From a virus, in IMG/VR virus record IMGVR_UViG_3300021602_000007, positions 3,179-67,178 of that record: a stretch of 64,000 nt of DNA. One strand, given 5' to 3'. Under the pieces are notes generated by a model that did no database searches, was not told the origin of the DNA, and saw only the letters and a program-made list of their open reading frames with translations. The translations under genes were made by a program, and so were the position numbers. This document shows positions 13,301-21,267 of this stretch, in pieces (position 1 is the stretch's first letter; each line of letters starts with the position of its first letter).

Positions 13301-16300
13301 ACTTGTTTTGTAGGAGTTACTTGTTTTTTAGGAGCTAGTACAGGAGTCTTTAATGCAAAGTTATCCACTGTACCAGTGAGTGTAAAATATGTTCCTGTTC
13401 TATTAACATCATCCTCATCTTTAAGAGCTCTGAATTGTGTTGTCAAAGGAATCTCATCACCACTTCTTTCAATTGTTAAATTTCCCGATTCATCAGGAGC
13501 TTTATCAGAAAGTTTATATGTTTGATAGTTAGGCCATACTCTTTCAATAAGATTACCATCAGCACCCTTACCTAATTGTTCAGTGTAAGGATTTTTCCAA
13601 TTACTACCATTAACTTTATTAGCATCTGTATGATTATATAATTGTTGTATTAGGTATATAATAGCTGTTTTTTCTTGTTCTAATCCATTAGGTGTAAATG
13701 AAAAACCTTTTGTTGCATCCACTTTACGGTCAGCATCTGATGATAATCCAGATATAAATAATTTTGTATCACCATTAACTTTTTGAAACCACATGTTATT
13801 GTATCCTGCAGGTTTTGGTTTACCATCTGAATCTTTTACAATACCCCAGTATGCTACTGATTGTAGCCACTCAAATAATGGTGCTGATTTAGATTCTTTT
13901 CCAACAGTACCTTCTTCAGCAGCATTCTTTGTAATCTGATGTAATACATCATATATAGCAGTGGCTTCTTTTTCACTAAACTTTCTATTGAATAATTTAG
14001 CTAATCCAACATTAGGAATTCTTAATACAACTCTTCCAAATGGTGTATTGAATGTTGATGAATTTTCTGTTACAGATTGATTTGTTGTAGGTACAGTTAT
14101 CACTCTAGCTGTCTTGAGTGTACCTTTTTGAAGTAGACCAGCTTTTTCTGCTGATACACGTTTATTATAATCTCTAACAAAACTTTTTGATTTATCATCC
14201 CATTTCTCAGAATACTCAGGACTACCAAAAGATGCATCAAATGGTTGAGGCTCATCTAATTGTGTATTACTTAATTGATCATCTCTCCACTCTTTATATT
14301 GTTTTTCAAGATCTTTCTTAAGAGCATCATTATTAACAATGTCCTCCCTAAACATGGACTCATATTTATTTGATCCAGATTTTTGTGGATAATCTCCTTT
14401 AAGTTCTTCACTAGGAAGAGATTGATATACAGCACGCTCTAAAACATTTGTATCTTTTGATTTAATTACTTCACCATTCTGATCAACAAGTTCACCCTTT
14501 TCATTAACTATTACAAGGACAATTGATTTCTTTGGATTATTTTCTTCTTTTGCTTTTTCTTTTACTGAAAGATCTTTCAGCATATATGATGTAAGCCCAA
14601 GAAGTCCTGCTTTTTCTTCAGTATTACTTGTAACAATTATTACTTTAAACTTCTTTTTATCTTCTTCATTTAAAGAATTATATTTCTTTGTAAATTTGTC
14701 TATTCTTTTTTGAGCAGGTTTATTTTTATCTATAGGACGACCTGATCTAAGTACAGCCAATGCATTCTTTTTTCCAGCCACTTCAAAAGATCCCTTACCA
14801 AACATATTTGGTGAGCCAGTAGATTTTGTTCCAATGAGTTGTTTTGCAAGAGCCTCATTTGATTGTAGTTTTCTTTCTTCTATTAATCGTTCTTTATATG
14901 TTTCTACAAATTTTTCAAATGTTGATATTATTTTTTCTTTTGCAGTTTGTTCAGCAATTGCTGCATCAATTTCAGATTGAATACTTTTAACTTGTTCCTC
15001 TAACTTATCTACACTAGCAGTTAGTTTAACAATCTTTAGTCCTTTTTCAAAATCACTAATGTCAGATTCTAGTTGTACAACTAAAGCAGTGAATGCAGTT
15101 TTGTCAAAGTTTTCCACTCCTTCTGAATACTGATCAAGATTAGCCTCAAGCTCAGCAATAGAAAGGGGAATGCCTGGATTTGCTTCCTTTATTTTTTGTA
15201 TATGTTCATTAAGTAGATTTAGGGAATCTTTTAAAATTGCCTTTGCTTTATCTAATAAAGTTTGATGTTTAATAAGTGCCTTAGTTGTTGTTTCTAAAAG
15301 ATCATCTAGTTTGTATATATCATCTTTTATCTGATCTTTAATTTCAGCTCCAGAAACAGGAAGAGAATCTAAACTATCAAGGAACTCTTTAAAAAATGGA
15401 ATACTATTTTCAAGATTTGATTTTTCTTCTGATAGTTCGTTAACTTCTTTTTCTACAATAACACGTAAAGACTCTATATCAAGAATTTGTTTTTTCAATG
15501 CATTAACAGTTTTTTTATTAGTAACTGTTTCCGCTTTATTTCTAAGATCTTCTAAAGTTTTAGTATGTTCTTCAAGTTTCTCTTTACTCTTTTCTAATTT
15601 TTCACTTATCTGTTTTACACGATTGACACTATTCTCATATAATTCTGTGATTATATTTTGTCTTATCTGTTGACCTCTAGAAATAGTTATAGGGGCATCT
15701 GCAAACTTTCTTGCTGCTGTAGTTGCTTCATTTGATATTTTACCCACTGGTCTAACCATTGCATCTTTGAACCCTGGTTTAGCTTTGAAATGGGTATTCC
15801 AAACTTCTGATTTTTTAACTACACCATTTTCATCCTTATACTCAAAAGTTAATCTATCCTTGGTAGGATTATATGCTAATTTACCTTTGACAGGATTACC
15901 ATCTTTATCTTTTATACCATAGTGTTCATATGTAGTGTCCCTGTTCTCATATAGGAAATTTGATTTTGGATCTGCTTTTATGGCATCATAACTTTGTATA
16001 TTTAATCCTAACAACGTTTCCTTGCTTATATCAGTTGTTGTCTTTGTTGTAGGATTAAATATTTTAATTGTACCATTATCATTCTCCTGAACAATTTTAA
16101 TCACTGGGGCATGTGCCACCTCATTATTATTTTTATCATATCTAGTTATTTTTCCTATTACATATTGTTGTCCAATAGTAATAGTCTTGTCTCCAGATTT
16201 TGTTTTTATAATAATGTTTTTCTTAGGAATAGGTTTTCCAGAAGTATCAGTTTCAGCAACTTCTTCTTCATCTTCTATAGTTTGGTAATTACTTGGATTC

Positions 16301-18534
16301 TTTTTAATATCATTATACTCTTCTAAGAACTTATTTCTACGAAGACTCATTTTAGCAACATCTTCAAGATTTTCTTTAAGTGATATAATTTCTTCAGGAA
16401 GAACTGTTTTACTTGATGCATCAACAACTTTACCTAAACTATTAAGTTTTGTCATTGCTTCATTATAGCTCTTATCATCACCTTCTAATAAGTCATTAAT
16501 AACAGTATTAACTTCAATATCAGCATTGACTAATCCAGGAGTTAACCCAGGTATACGACTATCATAATTTGAAATTTTAGAAGATGCATATACAAGTTTA
16601 TCCATTACCTCTGGTGGGTAGATGGGAGTCTTTTTATCATTAACCATTCCACCATAACGTAAGTGTAATGATTGGTATAAAGATTTTGCATTCTCTGCAG
16701 TCTGTTCAAACTTATTAAGTCTTTCAAGATATGCTTCTTTTTTATCTGTAGTGAGTGCTTTTCCTTCAGATTGTAATTGGGAAAAACCTTCATCTGTCAT
16801 TGCTAGTCTTCTATAATCCTCTATCTCAGATTTAACAAGATCATATCTGCCATATTTAATACGTGGAGTTAAATAGTTAATTATATAATCATGTTCTATA
16901 TCTTTACTGTCTGTTATATTGCCTTGTTTTAAAAGTGCTTCTCTTTCTTCTTGAAGAGCTGTTCCTCTATTAACAGAATCTATTGTATCCTTAGTAAAGT
17001 CAGAAAGTCTATATTTAGTAAAACTATTAATAGCAGCTTCAGTGTTTTCTCTTAATTCTTTTCCTTCTGTATATCTCCCATGAGCCATCATAAGTGATCC
17101 AGATAAACCACCCATAAGAACATTACTCATACCCTCATTAGTACCAAGAGTTTGTTGAATACCAACACCAATACTATCTAGAAAACTAGTATCTTTATTA
17201 TTATACCTCTTGTTATAATAATCTTGTGTACCTGTTTGAATAGCATATTGAGCACCCTCTTCAAATGCCTCAGATGCAGAGAATGTATATGGTGCAACTT
17301 TCTTTAGAGTGGATAGTATACCTTTTTGTTGTGTGGCTGTTTTACTAACGTACTTACCCTCTTGTTCAGTAATATCTTCAACTCCTTTAACTAAGTCATT
17401 AACAATCCCTTTTTCAGCTCTGTATGAAGATCCTAATATTTTAGGAAACTGAATATAATTTGTTGCAGATAATAAACCTACGTTTGCTAAAAATGAAGCA
17501 TTACCAACAGCATCAGCATTCTCATTAATTTTAGCTAATGCTTCACCCATTGGCTCCATTCCACCATGAGTAGTTTTATACTCATTAATTCTATCAGTTC
17601 TAAACTGATTAAGATTTTGGTATGCTTCAAATCCAGCTTCACCTGTTGTAGAAAGACCAGCAACAAGTGCCCTACTACCAGGATTTAAAACATTATATTG
17701 ATTTAAAAATTTATCAGATAGAGATTTTATCTTGCCATAAGTTTCAGCAGCTTTATCAGCGGCCAACAATCCTTCTTCTGTTACAGCCAATGCTTCAGCA
17801 GCTCTTCCTAAAGAAAATAATTTTCCAGCTTTAGGAAGTGAAGAGAGTGCTTTACTTGCTGCCCCTATTCCCCCTGCAAAGACATTCCCAGCTAATGCAG
17901 CACCAGCAGAGAATCCTAAATTTTTTATTATACCGTCCCAAAAGAAATTAGCAGTGAGTAGTTTTGTTGGAGAATACCAAGAAGCATTTGTTTCAACATC
18001 TTTATAATAATTAGGAAGATAGTTTTCAGCTTTCTTATTTATTTCATCAACCCATTTATTTAAATCATTATCATAAAAGGATGCAGCTCTTCCATCACTG
18101 GCTGCTTTTACTAAACCATTAACTAATCCTACAGTGGATTGCAAAAATGTTGTACCAGTTAGTAGAAGTCCTTTACCAACACCATTTATCATTTTAGATG
18201 ACCAGCTCTGTCCTTGAGCATATGCATCTTCATTGTTGTAGGCCCCAGGCATAAAGTTCTGGTATCTATCAGAACTAATATCTTTTATACTTCTTAAGAC
18301 ACTTCCTCCGCTTAACTTATCATCATTACGTATAGATAAAAGAGAATTCTCTAATGCTTCAAGTGACTGTGGAGCAGGTGTTCTCTCTCCCTGAGAAGAA
18401 GAAGGCATAGGTATAGACATGTCTAGTCCTTCAAATGGAATAGAAGGAGAAGCTTGAGGAGCCTCTGGTGGAGTGTATCCACCAAATTGTTCTTGTAATG
18501 CTAATTGATCTAACAATGGTTTATTATCTGCCAT
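4399..18534 (-). CDS. giant virion-packaged DNA-dependent RNA polymerase polyprotein (crAss-like, phi14:2 gp66-type), 4711 aa
   Basis: Catalytic GSDFDIDK at 7645-7659, preceded by YRIPTQ; TDG motif near 9170; zincin-like HEVFE...EELAEEF at ~11890-12057; Gly/Ala-rich hydrophobic N-terminal region; position next to tail genes as in crAss-like phages. Confidence 0.92.
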   Translation of the reverse strand: MADNKPLLDQLALQEQFGGYTPPEAPQASPSIPFEGLDMSIPMPSSSQGERTPAPQSLEALENSLLSIRNDDKLSGGSVLRSIKDISSDRYQNFMPGAYNNEDAYAQGQSWSSKMINGVGKGLLLTGTTFLQSTVGLVNGLVKAASDGRAASFYDNDLNKWVDEINKKAENYLPNYYKDVETNASWYSPTKLLTANFFWDGIIKNLGFSAGAALAGNVFAGGIGAASKALSSLPKAGKLFSLGRAAEALAVTEEGLLAADKAAETYGKIKSLSDKFLNQYNVLNPGSRALVAGLSTTGEAGFEAYQNLNQFRTDRINEYKTTHGGMEPMGEALAKINENADAVGNASFLANVGLLSATNYIQFPKILGSSYRAEKGIVNDLVKGVEDITEQEGKYVSKTATQQKGILSTLKKVAPYTFSASEAFEEGAQYAIQTGTQDYYNKRYNNKDTSFLDSIGVGIQQTLGTNEGMSNVLMGGLSGSLMMAHGRYTEGKELRENTEAAINSFTKYRLSDFTKDTIDSVNRGTALQEEREALLKQGNITDSKDIEHDYIINYLTPRIKYGRYDLVKSEIEDYRRLAMTDEGFSQLQSEGKALTTDKKEAYLERLNKFEQTAENAKSLYQSLHLRYGGMVNDKKTPIYPPEVMDKLVYASSKISNYDSRIPGLTPGLVNADIEVNTVINDLLEGDDKSYNEAMTKLNSLGKVVDASSKTVLPEEIISLKENLEDVAKMSLRRNKFLEEYNDIKKNPSNYQTIEDEEEVAETDTSGKPIPKKNIIIKTKSGDKTITIGQQYVIGKITRYDKNNNEVAHAPVIKIVQENDNGTIKIFNPTTKTTTDISKETLLGLNIQSYDAIKADPKSNFLYENRDTTYEHYGIKDKDGNPVKGKLAYNPTKDRLTFEYKDENGVVKKSEVWNTHFKAKPGFKDAMVRPVGKISNEATTAARKFADAPITISRGQQIRQNIITELYENSVNRVKQISEKLEKSKEKLEEHTKTLEDLRNKAETVTNKKTVNALKKQILDIESLRVIVEKEVNELSEEKSNLENSIPFFKEFLDSLDSLPVSGAEIKDQIKDDIYKLDDLLETTTKALIKHQTLLDKAKAILKDSLNLLNEHIQKIKEANPGIPLSIAELEANLDQYSEGVENFDKTAFTALVVQLESDISDFEKGLKIVKLTASVDKLEEQVKSIQSEIDAAIAEQTAKEKIISTFEKFVETYKERLIEERKLQSNEALAKQLIGTKSTGSPNMFGKGSFEVAGKKNALAVLRSGRPIDKNKPAQKRIDKFTKKYNSLNEEDKKKFKVIIVTSNTEEKAGLLGLTSYMLKDLSVKEKAKEENNPKKSIVLVIVNEKGELVDQNGEVIKSKDTNVLERAVYQSLPSEELKGDYPQKSGSNKYESMFREDIVNNDALKKDLEKQYKEWRDDQLSNTQLDEPQPFDASFGSPEYSEKWDDKSKSFVRDYNKRVSAEKAGLLQKGTLKTARVITVPTTNQSVTENSSTFNTPFGRVVLRIPNVGLAKLFNRKFSEKEATAIYDVLHQITKNAAEEGTVGKESKSAPLFEWLQSVAYWGIVKDSDGKPKPAGYNNMWFQKVNGDTKLFISGLSSDADRKVDATKGFSFTPNGLEQEKTAIIYLIQQLYNHTDANKVNGSNWKNPYTEQLGKGADGNLIERVWPNYQTYKLSDKAPDESGNLTIERSGDEIPLTTQFRALKDEDDVNRTGTYFTLTGTVDNFALKTPVLAPKKQVTPTKQVVKPLITTPTGIVEGERPLKSGGVAKYTIDRKRVLDELKSQKEDILDDPQSVEFSAFIKLLRDEGILLVTGVTEENLNALSSVLSQLSGESKDNQFALQFIYGTIFKESIPSILNYNKELIGTESFMGGEEVTTSLINKGDDLRFQGGDYQVIKITAKGVDVTNLATGTKSFISNEDLAEEGIEVSKPEVKKTTKKQASSDIEAKKAKLEKEWKEELKLANFYLTGLGKGTSLTQLGLATVEGLGNMHELLLHAVPFKELKVIMNNIYKLIQDLYMKNKFTSVTYDQIENSDEIKAYKDYFDSDKINAKYEKELAKLNEQKEELPTEPDSEDFNTPTNRQSKRFKPFRLKLNTPAEKFEKEDWEKIEEFFKKVLPTIPLYRLKNMIKATNGRQAWGMLHKGGVYVYENAEVGTAYHEVFEAIWSMFTSPKERQAIIDEFRNREGTYKDRFTGEIIQYKTASEDQIREELAEEFRDFVITNKNVANPTYGKSLISRMFAELVDFIRTFFTGKNARTNTANLFSKIGNGYYAEYNPYESKLSYAKRGVIDRDYATADEDSTFRLTPKIITIPSAQVHDIIQQMTFATVAGLMDNNDSVFAINKIPKSRLYNDLRANVLDSIKYVSEQYAKQKAIGKISDAESKRKISLMKDLFNNVKLEWDNIVALHEQKLKSYNVEFDENDETVLRDEDNSGKGEYGDATKIDSFRKANSTIKLLFATLPQIESGSNGLDFEESSIGGVMLIPADQVYIQLLNKLHDSVDIDEMFNRLQLMAQGNPNYAALYNRLTKKSVTTDANKTSIFTGLKDYDLELISEFWKTMKKQNADVISVFVLPSGEVVVTNSTLSSAANQAKRKLFNSIVNTIKEDESPYFSYDSKTGKYSATDILKKLTLESDKLEQYTTFLKNIGISFTSNDLKKLDKKQLGVFRKAVDGIRTSFAEKGPVYKNNKAVIDEETGEPIDNSIKTFSNKTLDIVKQLTNLSILKAIVDSDTDFESTYFNINGERSQAFVGTNAISNLYTVLSKLKNIKELEETPYAYLLTDKFSQGSVVLQSMFDIGHDDATGNRIEDSENLLHPIFVDGTINEATGKKKASAKQSLVQRIIQELNLNAVGIYLNLVPGDATIEHASRMHNDGSPFVTAATFRNNSFINIFKNYFMSEVGLARDGRTVVKGKKAKDLRFFKAIFADDTKKKDNEINKLHNDIMNFKKDNGEEATSEELYKEFKTQIDNAVRIFINKEATNTDRLLRTFGIVYYDETGLVAKDLLFAEGMKLTEATLREQLKLITVNYMIANIEYHKLLYSDPYQYADELKRVRNFTSPGQALITGSVNEAYDKAYNRGYSEGDIGWTDMDRNYYRSISVGDVLSTNDLDGYNNAWKETDGAGIITLKANRIFGIRTGNWNDSNDKQVRYDVAYEKVVKGEGLSDEEKQEKGLVLNDEEIAFDIKRVEDEDGRVRYIGNNPNVRSTYTPRKPIIRGSKVNGRNYNDVVLHKLALVPYSFRILHEMDPNSNAIKLYNKMQAEDVDYAVFESGSKVGTEAVFELYKDGIFNTDPFETEEEKNNSDLPQGVSKIPFSIIALQADVPSKDSPKVTQGSQVTKLVTMDFLEGGMPIDFEVKDAEGNIITDFDERLIEWIALDTDAKREEASPLYKEIQNNQKLLEAKLEQGYYTLLRKLGIKETINKNNRKEFRIIDREKLITTLGEEIEKREINNNIIDSFAGFASGDTILEATPSYQQIRNILYSIADTNITSPKISGGMKVQITSALFESKNRIKTTEITDKKTGNKKTVYSSKILKFYEDEDGKRYCEIMVGRWFKSDKTDEELIRYFNETEEGKAEMAALFGVAYRIPTQKQNSIDVFKIAKFLPEDFGDSVVVPSAIVNKVGSDFDIDKLSIYLKNLKTGANGYPTVIKYLTKENSTLQERYAEWVLGNSTKDSRKYVKFLSKDKILAIRDKFKPEFDRLTREYKATIADIKGIAYSELLEDYDDIKNEFTEQDDEIAKLFKLGKKIFRKLGDSPQSEFFMLRDYMAKNNIQGTEEIRKYLAMAEDMLDDNEFGDETNVVLGDLISNYKQELRILGANEEYINNAKKEALVKFRKSKSGAIEGVAKLTSIMKEPILSKMKGEETAFYDSEYITELARVLDLMPIEKFSTQSEYQQNSIKALENAYIQSLQNLISHPLNFKSLIKPNSAESLKQLSIDINDEMGIPEVDYSSVGNMMSRTFMSKLRYAFVSGKYAIGIAATAQTNHANNQRSLTYVNTDKSRSNSIDPVDRTILGGDSKAITFANDPNVNFKEYNKVKIGGKIMPSLSMIKNAAGEYISDIIGMFIDGYVDIAAGAWVMDIGAAPNVASTWLFLTKIGVPIKTIGYFMNQPIINDYLKSVENRGYSWLFIEDMINDTLESYKPKSKVSVSSIPSDGDLFKMLKYNKSNTDLEEGDKLTDLQKSQQQYMLKEFLKYAKMAEQLFLVTQGSNFDTATINDPYLITKKRLQLERAQNTIISSVDNLLEKSYIGKLKDFIYDFRDAFAEILLSDKPNVRNVMEQVITPYVDLNDREFVKLAQKAVNTLFDWAVQTKPEGLNSKIASILLGNEDEKSAAEQIIAYRDSILGNETKGIPGKPEHELYHNIILNSIEQYAYPGYKKGKVNNLELTGRDNKIYDQNLIISGFEELKQVLISENKDLYRKLVSLSMIQSGLTNSPIAFTTLLPYEDFREEYNDVLSVLENIPNLDDFYNLNVFERTNANDSNVVAFKRAKLLESKRSWGDPYYNPDIAFLDERLKSAQDKGTIPKVVNISVYSQEGKSDFMTYQWESSIGNATRIQRRKIGDKSHVHKVLMKKVYYFDAKGIRKPFIEYSESEDKTTGEVKIYKKYLYKAINAWGDSYRANEFYDKIQASVLDNDYDKVKEVEDADILEVVGVEQVDKNEKYASDDYFITKGELLEDYSQTTGETLGTESRNAPKGFPETKRPNENCGG

Positions 18535-21181
18535 AAGAAGGATTTTGTGTAGCTTGTTGTATTTTATCTATATCGTTTGCTGTAGGATAGCGTTTATAAA
18601 TAAGTTTAAATACTTGATAGTCATTTAAATCTCTAAGAGCTGGAGCTATTGCATTTTCTACTATAAGACCTGATTGAGGGTAGGGAATATCTTCATGCCA
18701 TTTACCAGTTATAGGATCATGTAAGTTAAGTCGTATAGAATAAGATCCTCCATGATTTTCAATATTTCCTGATAAACCAAATAACTTCACACTTTGAAAA
18801 TCTGAATTATTCAAAAAGGAATTACTTAAATTAGTTGCCTTGCCATCATATGCTGTTGAGTACTCACCAGGAGTTCTCATGATTTGCTCTAAATAAGGTC
18901 TAGCTACTTTTGCAGCTGGATTTGCCTCATACATACTTCCAAATGTCTCATGATATTGTTGAGCAGAAAGTCTAAAAGTAGTTTCAACAGGTTTTTTGCC
19001 ACTACCGCCACTCACTGTAATTTCATACATTGAAGGTTGAAATTGTGTGCCCTCTACAACTTTAATGTTAGAAGTTTCTGGCTTTGTTATTATTTCTCTT
19101 AAGTTATTTATATCAAACTTTGGAGAATTTGCTAATCCTCCTTCCATGCTTTCTGCAACACTAGCAAATCTAGCAAGTGTATTTTTCCACTGAGATCTAG
19201 CATCTTCATCTGATAAATTAATTCCATACTCTACTCCTTGAGTGGCACTTAATTTAGTCTTTAAGATTTCTCCCACCTCATCATTTACATTTTTAAGAAT
19301 GCTTCTATAAGGACCATTGACTAATTTCTTATATACATCACAGCCTTTTACCAGTGCCTTTTCATTTTCTGTTAATGATCCAGGACTTGCATATGCTTTT
19401 TTCTGTATATCATATAGTAACTTTTGTTTATCTGTAAGTTCTTTCTTTGCTTGTTCATCTGCAAATACTATCCCACGATTAACTGATGACCCAGGAAATG
19501 CCCCAGTTTCTTTTTCAGAACTTGTATATTTTTCAACTACATTATTAAAATCTACAATATCTTTAGGACTGAATGTAACATTTCCTGAAGATGTTTTATA
19601 AACTAATGAAGGAGAATTTTTTGGAATATGTGCATATATACTACCACCATGCTTAGCCTCCACTTCAGAGGTAACTTGATTAAATACATTTAAAAGAGAT
19701 TCATTATTTCTTCTTGCTTCATCTGTCTTTTGAAAATAATCTCTAATAACAGGATCTACCCCACTAGGATTCTTTACATATGCAGCTTTTTGTTGATCAA
19801 GCCATGCTTGATCTTTTCCACGTTGCTTCATAAAAGTTTGGTCAGAAGCAGCAAGATCTTTTGTGGTTTGTTCAATAGTAAGTGCTACTTTTTGTGCAGC
19901 AACTATAGGAACATCATCTTGATTCACTGTAAAACTAGTACCTCCATAGAGTCCTGATCCTTTAGTCCCTTTTGTTTTTCCTGCTGCCCTATCTTCAGCA
20001 GCTCTGTCTATTTCAAGTTTTTGTCGTGCTAATTCACTAGTAATTCCAAAGTGTCTATCATCTTGCTCTAACTTTGCTTTAGCTAATTGAAAATCTTGAT
20101 TATTCCTTGATCTTGTCATTGCCATCACAGCACTTGGATTTGTCTCCTGTGTTTGAGAAGTCTGTGTATAACCAAATGCTTTGGAAAATGAGTTCATGAA
20201 ATTTGATGTACTTAATCTTGCCTTAGCACTTTCAACATCACCAGCAGCAAATGTCTTTGATATATTTTCATATTCACCAGTTATGCGTGATAATGATTTA
20301 TCTATAGAACCAATTTGTTCATCTAGTTTTGCTTTTTCTTGAGCAGATGTTGTAGTAGTTTTTGCATTTTCAAGAATAGCTTTTTGATCTTCTAATGCAT
20401 CACGATGCCCATTATATGATGAGTTTACATTATCTATAAATGTTTTACTATCCATATTAGAATATTGATATCTACCATCTATCTCCATCTGTTTAAAATC
20501 AGCAGGGGTTAATGTTGCCATTAATGCTTCTTGAATTTTTTCAGGAGGTACACCAGCAAGTTTTGTACGAGTAGTAGCATCAGTAGGTACCCATGATACT
20601 TTTCCTTTTGAATCTGTTACTTGTGCAAATGAAGCATCAGTTATTGTTTCATCCTTTGTAACAGATTTAAGAGCTTCTAGTGCATTTTTCTTATAGTTAG
20701 TATAAGGATTATATTTACCATTAAATGAATGTTTTAAATCTCCACTTAGCCATCTATTGGCTTCAGTTTTGAAATCCCAATCATTAGAAGGAGAGCCTTT
20801 ACCTTCTTTGGTAAAGTCATTCATATCCTTAATACCAGCCCTATATGCTTGAGTAGAAGCTACTGCATTTATTATATCAGAGTCTTTAGCAATTTGATTA
20901 GTCATACCACCAACAGAGTTAACTAATTGGAAGTTAGAAAAGTCTCCAGCAGCTACAGTTTTTAGTTTACTACCTAATGCATTTAGTTTAGATTGCAGAT
21001 ATTGTTTATCTACATCTCGTATCACGTCAAGACCAGCAACATTATCTATCTGAGTTTGTATTTTTTGTACACCCTCTTCATATTGTTTCTGTTTCTGCAT
21101 ACCAACCTCAACCATTGCCTCTACAGGCAATTGTTGAATATATGGATTAAACTGTGGTATTTTATCTGCGAATGAAGCCAT
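18524..21181 (-). CDS. putative internal virion/ejection (cargo) protein, 885 aa
   Basis: Helical N-terminus (FNPYIQQLPVEAM...); directly upstream of and overlapping the vRNAP gene; synteny with crAss-like cargo genes. Confidence 0.6.
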   Translation of the reverse strand: MASFADKIPQFNPYIQQLPVEAMVEVGMQKQKQYEEGVQKIQTQIDNVAGLDVIRDVDKQYLQSKLNALGSKLKTVAAGDFSNFQLVNSVGGMTNQIAKDSDIINAVASTQAYRAGIKDMNDFTKEGKGSPSNDWDFKTEANRWLSGDLKHSFNGKYNPYTNYKKNALEALKSVTKDETITDASFAQVTDSKGKVSWVPTDATTRTKLAGVPPEKIQEALMATLTPADFKQMEIDGRYQYSNMDSKTFIDNVNSSYNGHRDALEDQKAILENAKTTTTSAQEKAKLDEQIGSIDKSLSRITGEYENISKTFAAGDVESAKARLSTSNFMNSFSKAFGYTQTSQTQETNPSAVMAMTRSRNNQDFQLAKAKLEQDDRHFGITSELARQKLEIDRAAEDRAAGKTKGTKGSGLYGGTSFTVNQDDVPIVAAQKVALTIEQTTKDLAASDQTFMKQRGKDQAWLDQQKAAYVKNPSGVDPVIRDYFQKTDEARRNNESLLNVFNQVTSEVEAKHGGSIYAHIPKNSPSLVYKTSSGNVTFSPKDIVDFNNVVEKYTSSEKETGAFPGSSVNRGIVFADEQAKKELTDKQKLLYDIQKKAYASPGSLTENEKALVKGCDVYKKLVNGPYRSILKNVNDEVGEILKTKLSATQGVEYGINLSDEDARSQWKNTLARFASVAESMEGGLANSPKFDINNLREIITKPETSNIKVVEGTQFQPSMYEITVSGGSGKKPVETTFRLSAQQYHETFGSMYEANPAAKVARPYLEQIMRTPGEYSTAYDGKATNLSNSFLNNSDFQSVKLFGLSGNIENHGGSYSIRLNLHDPITGKWHEDIPYPQSGLIVENAIAPALRDLNDYQVFKLIYKRYPTANDIDKIQQATQNPSYGR

Positions 21182-21195
21182 AGTATTTTAAATTT

Positions 21196-21226
21196 CAAAT
21201 GTAATAGAAATCATTATATTACACAA
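21196..21226 (-). promoter_or_regulatory. Bacteroidota sigmaA-type promoter for the cargo/vRNAP genes
   Basis: Minus strand TTG-N20-TACATTTG matches the -33 TTTG / -7 TAnnTTTG consensus, 14 nt upstream of the ATG at 21181. Confidence 0.65.
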
Positions 21227-21267
21227 TAGATATAATGAGTTTCAGTAAATTGGTATAATCAAACTTG

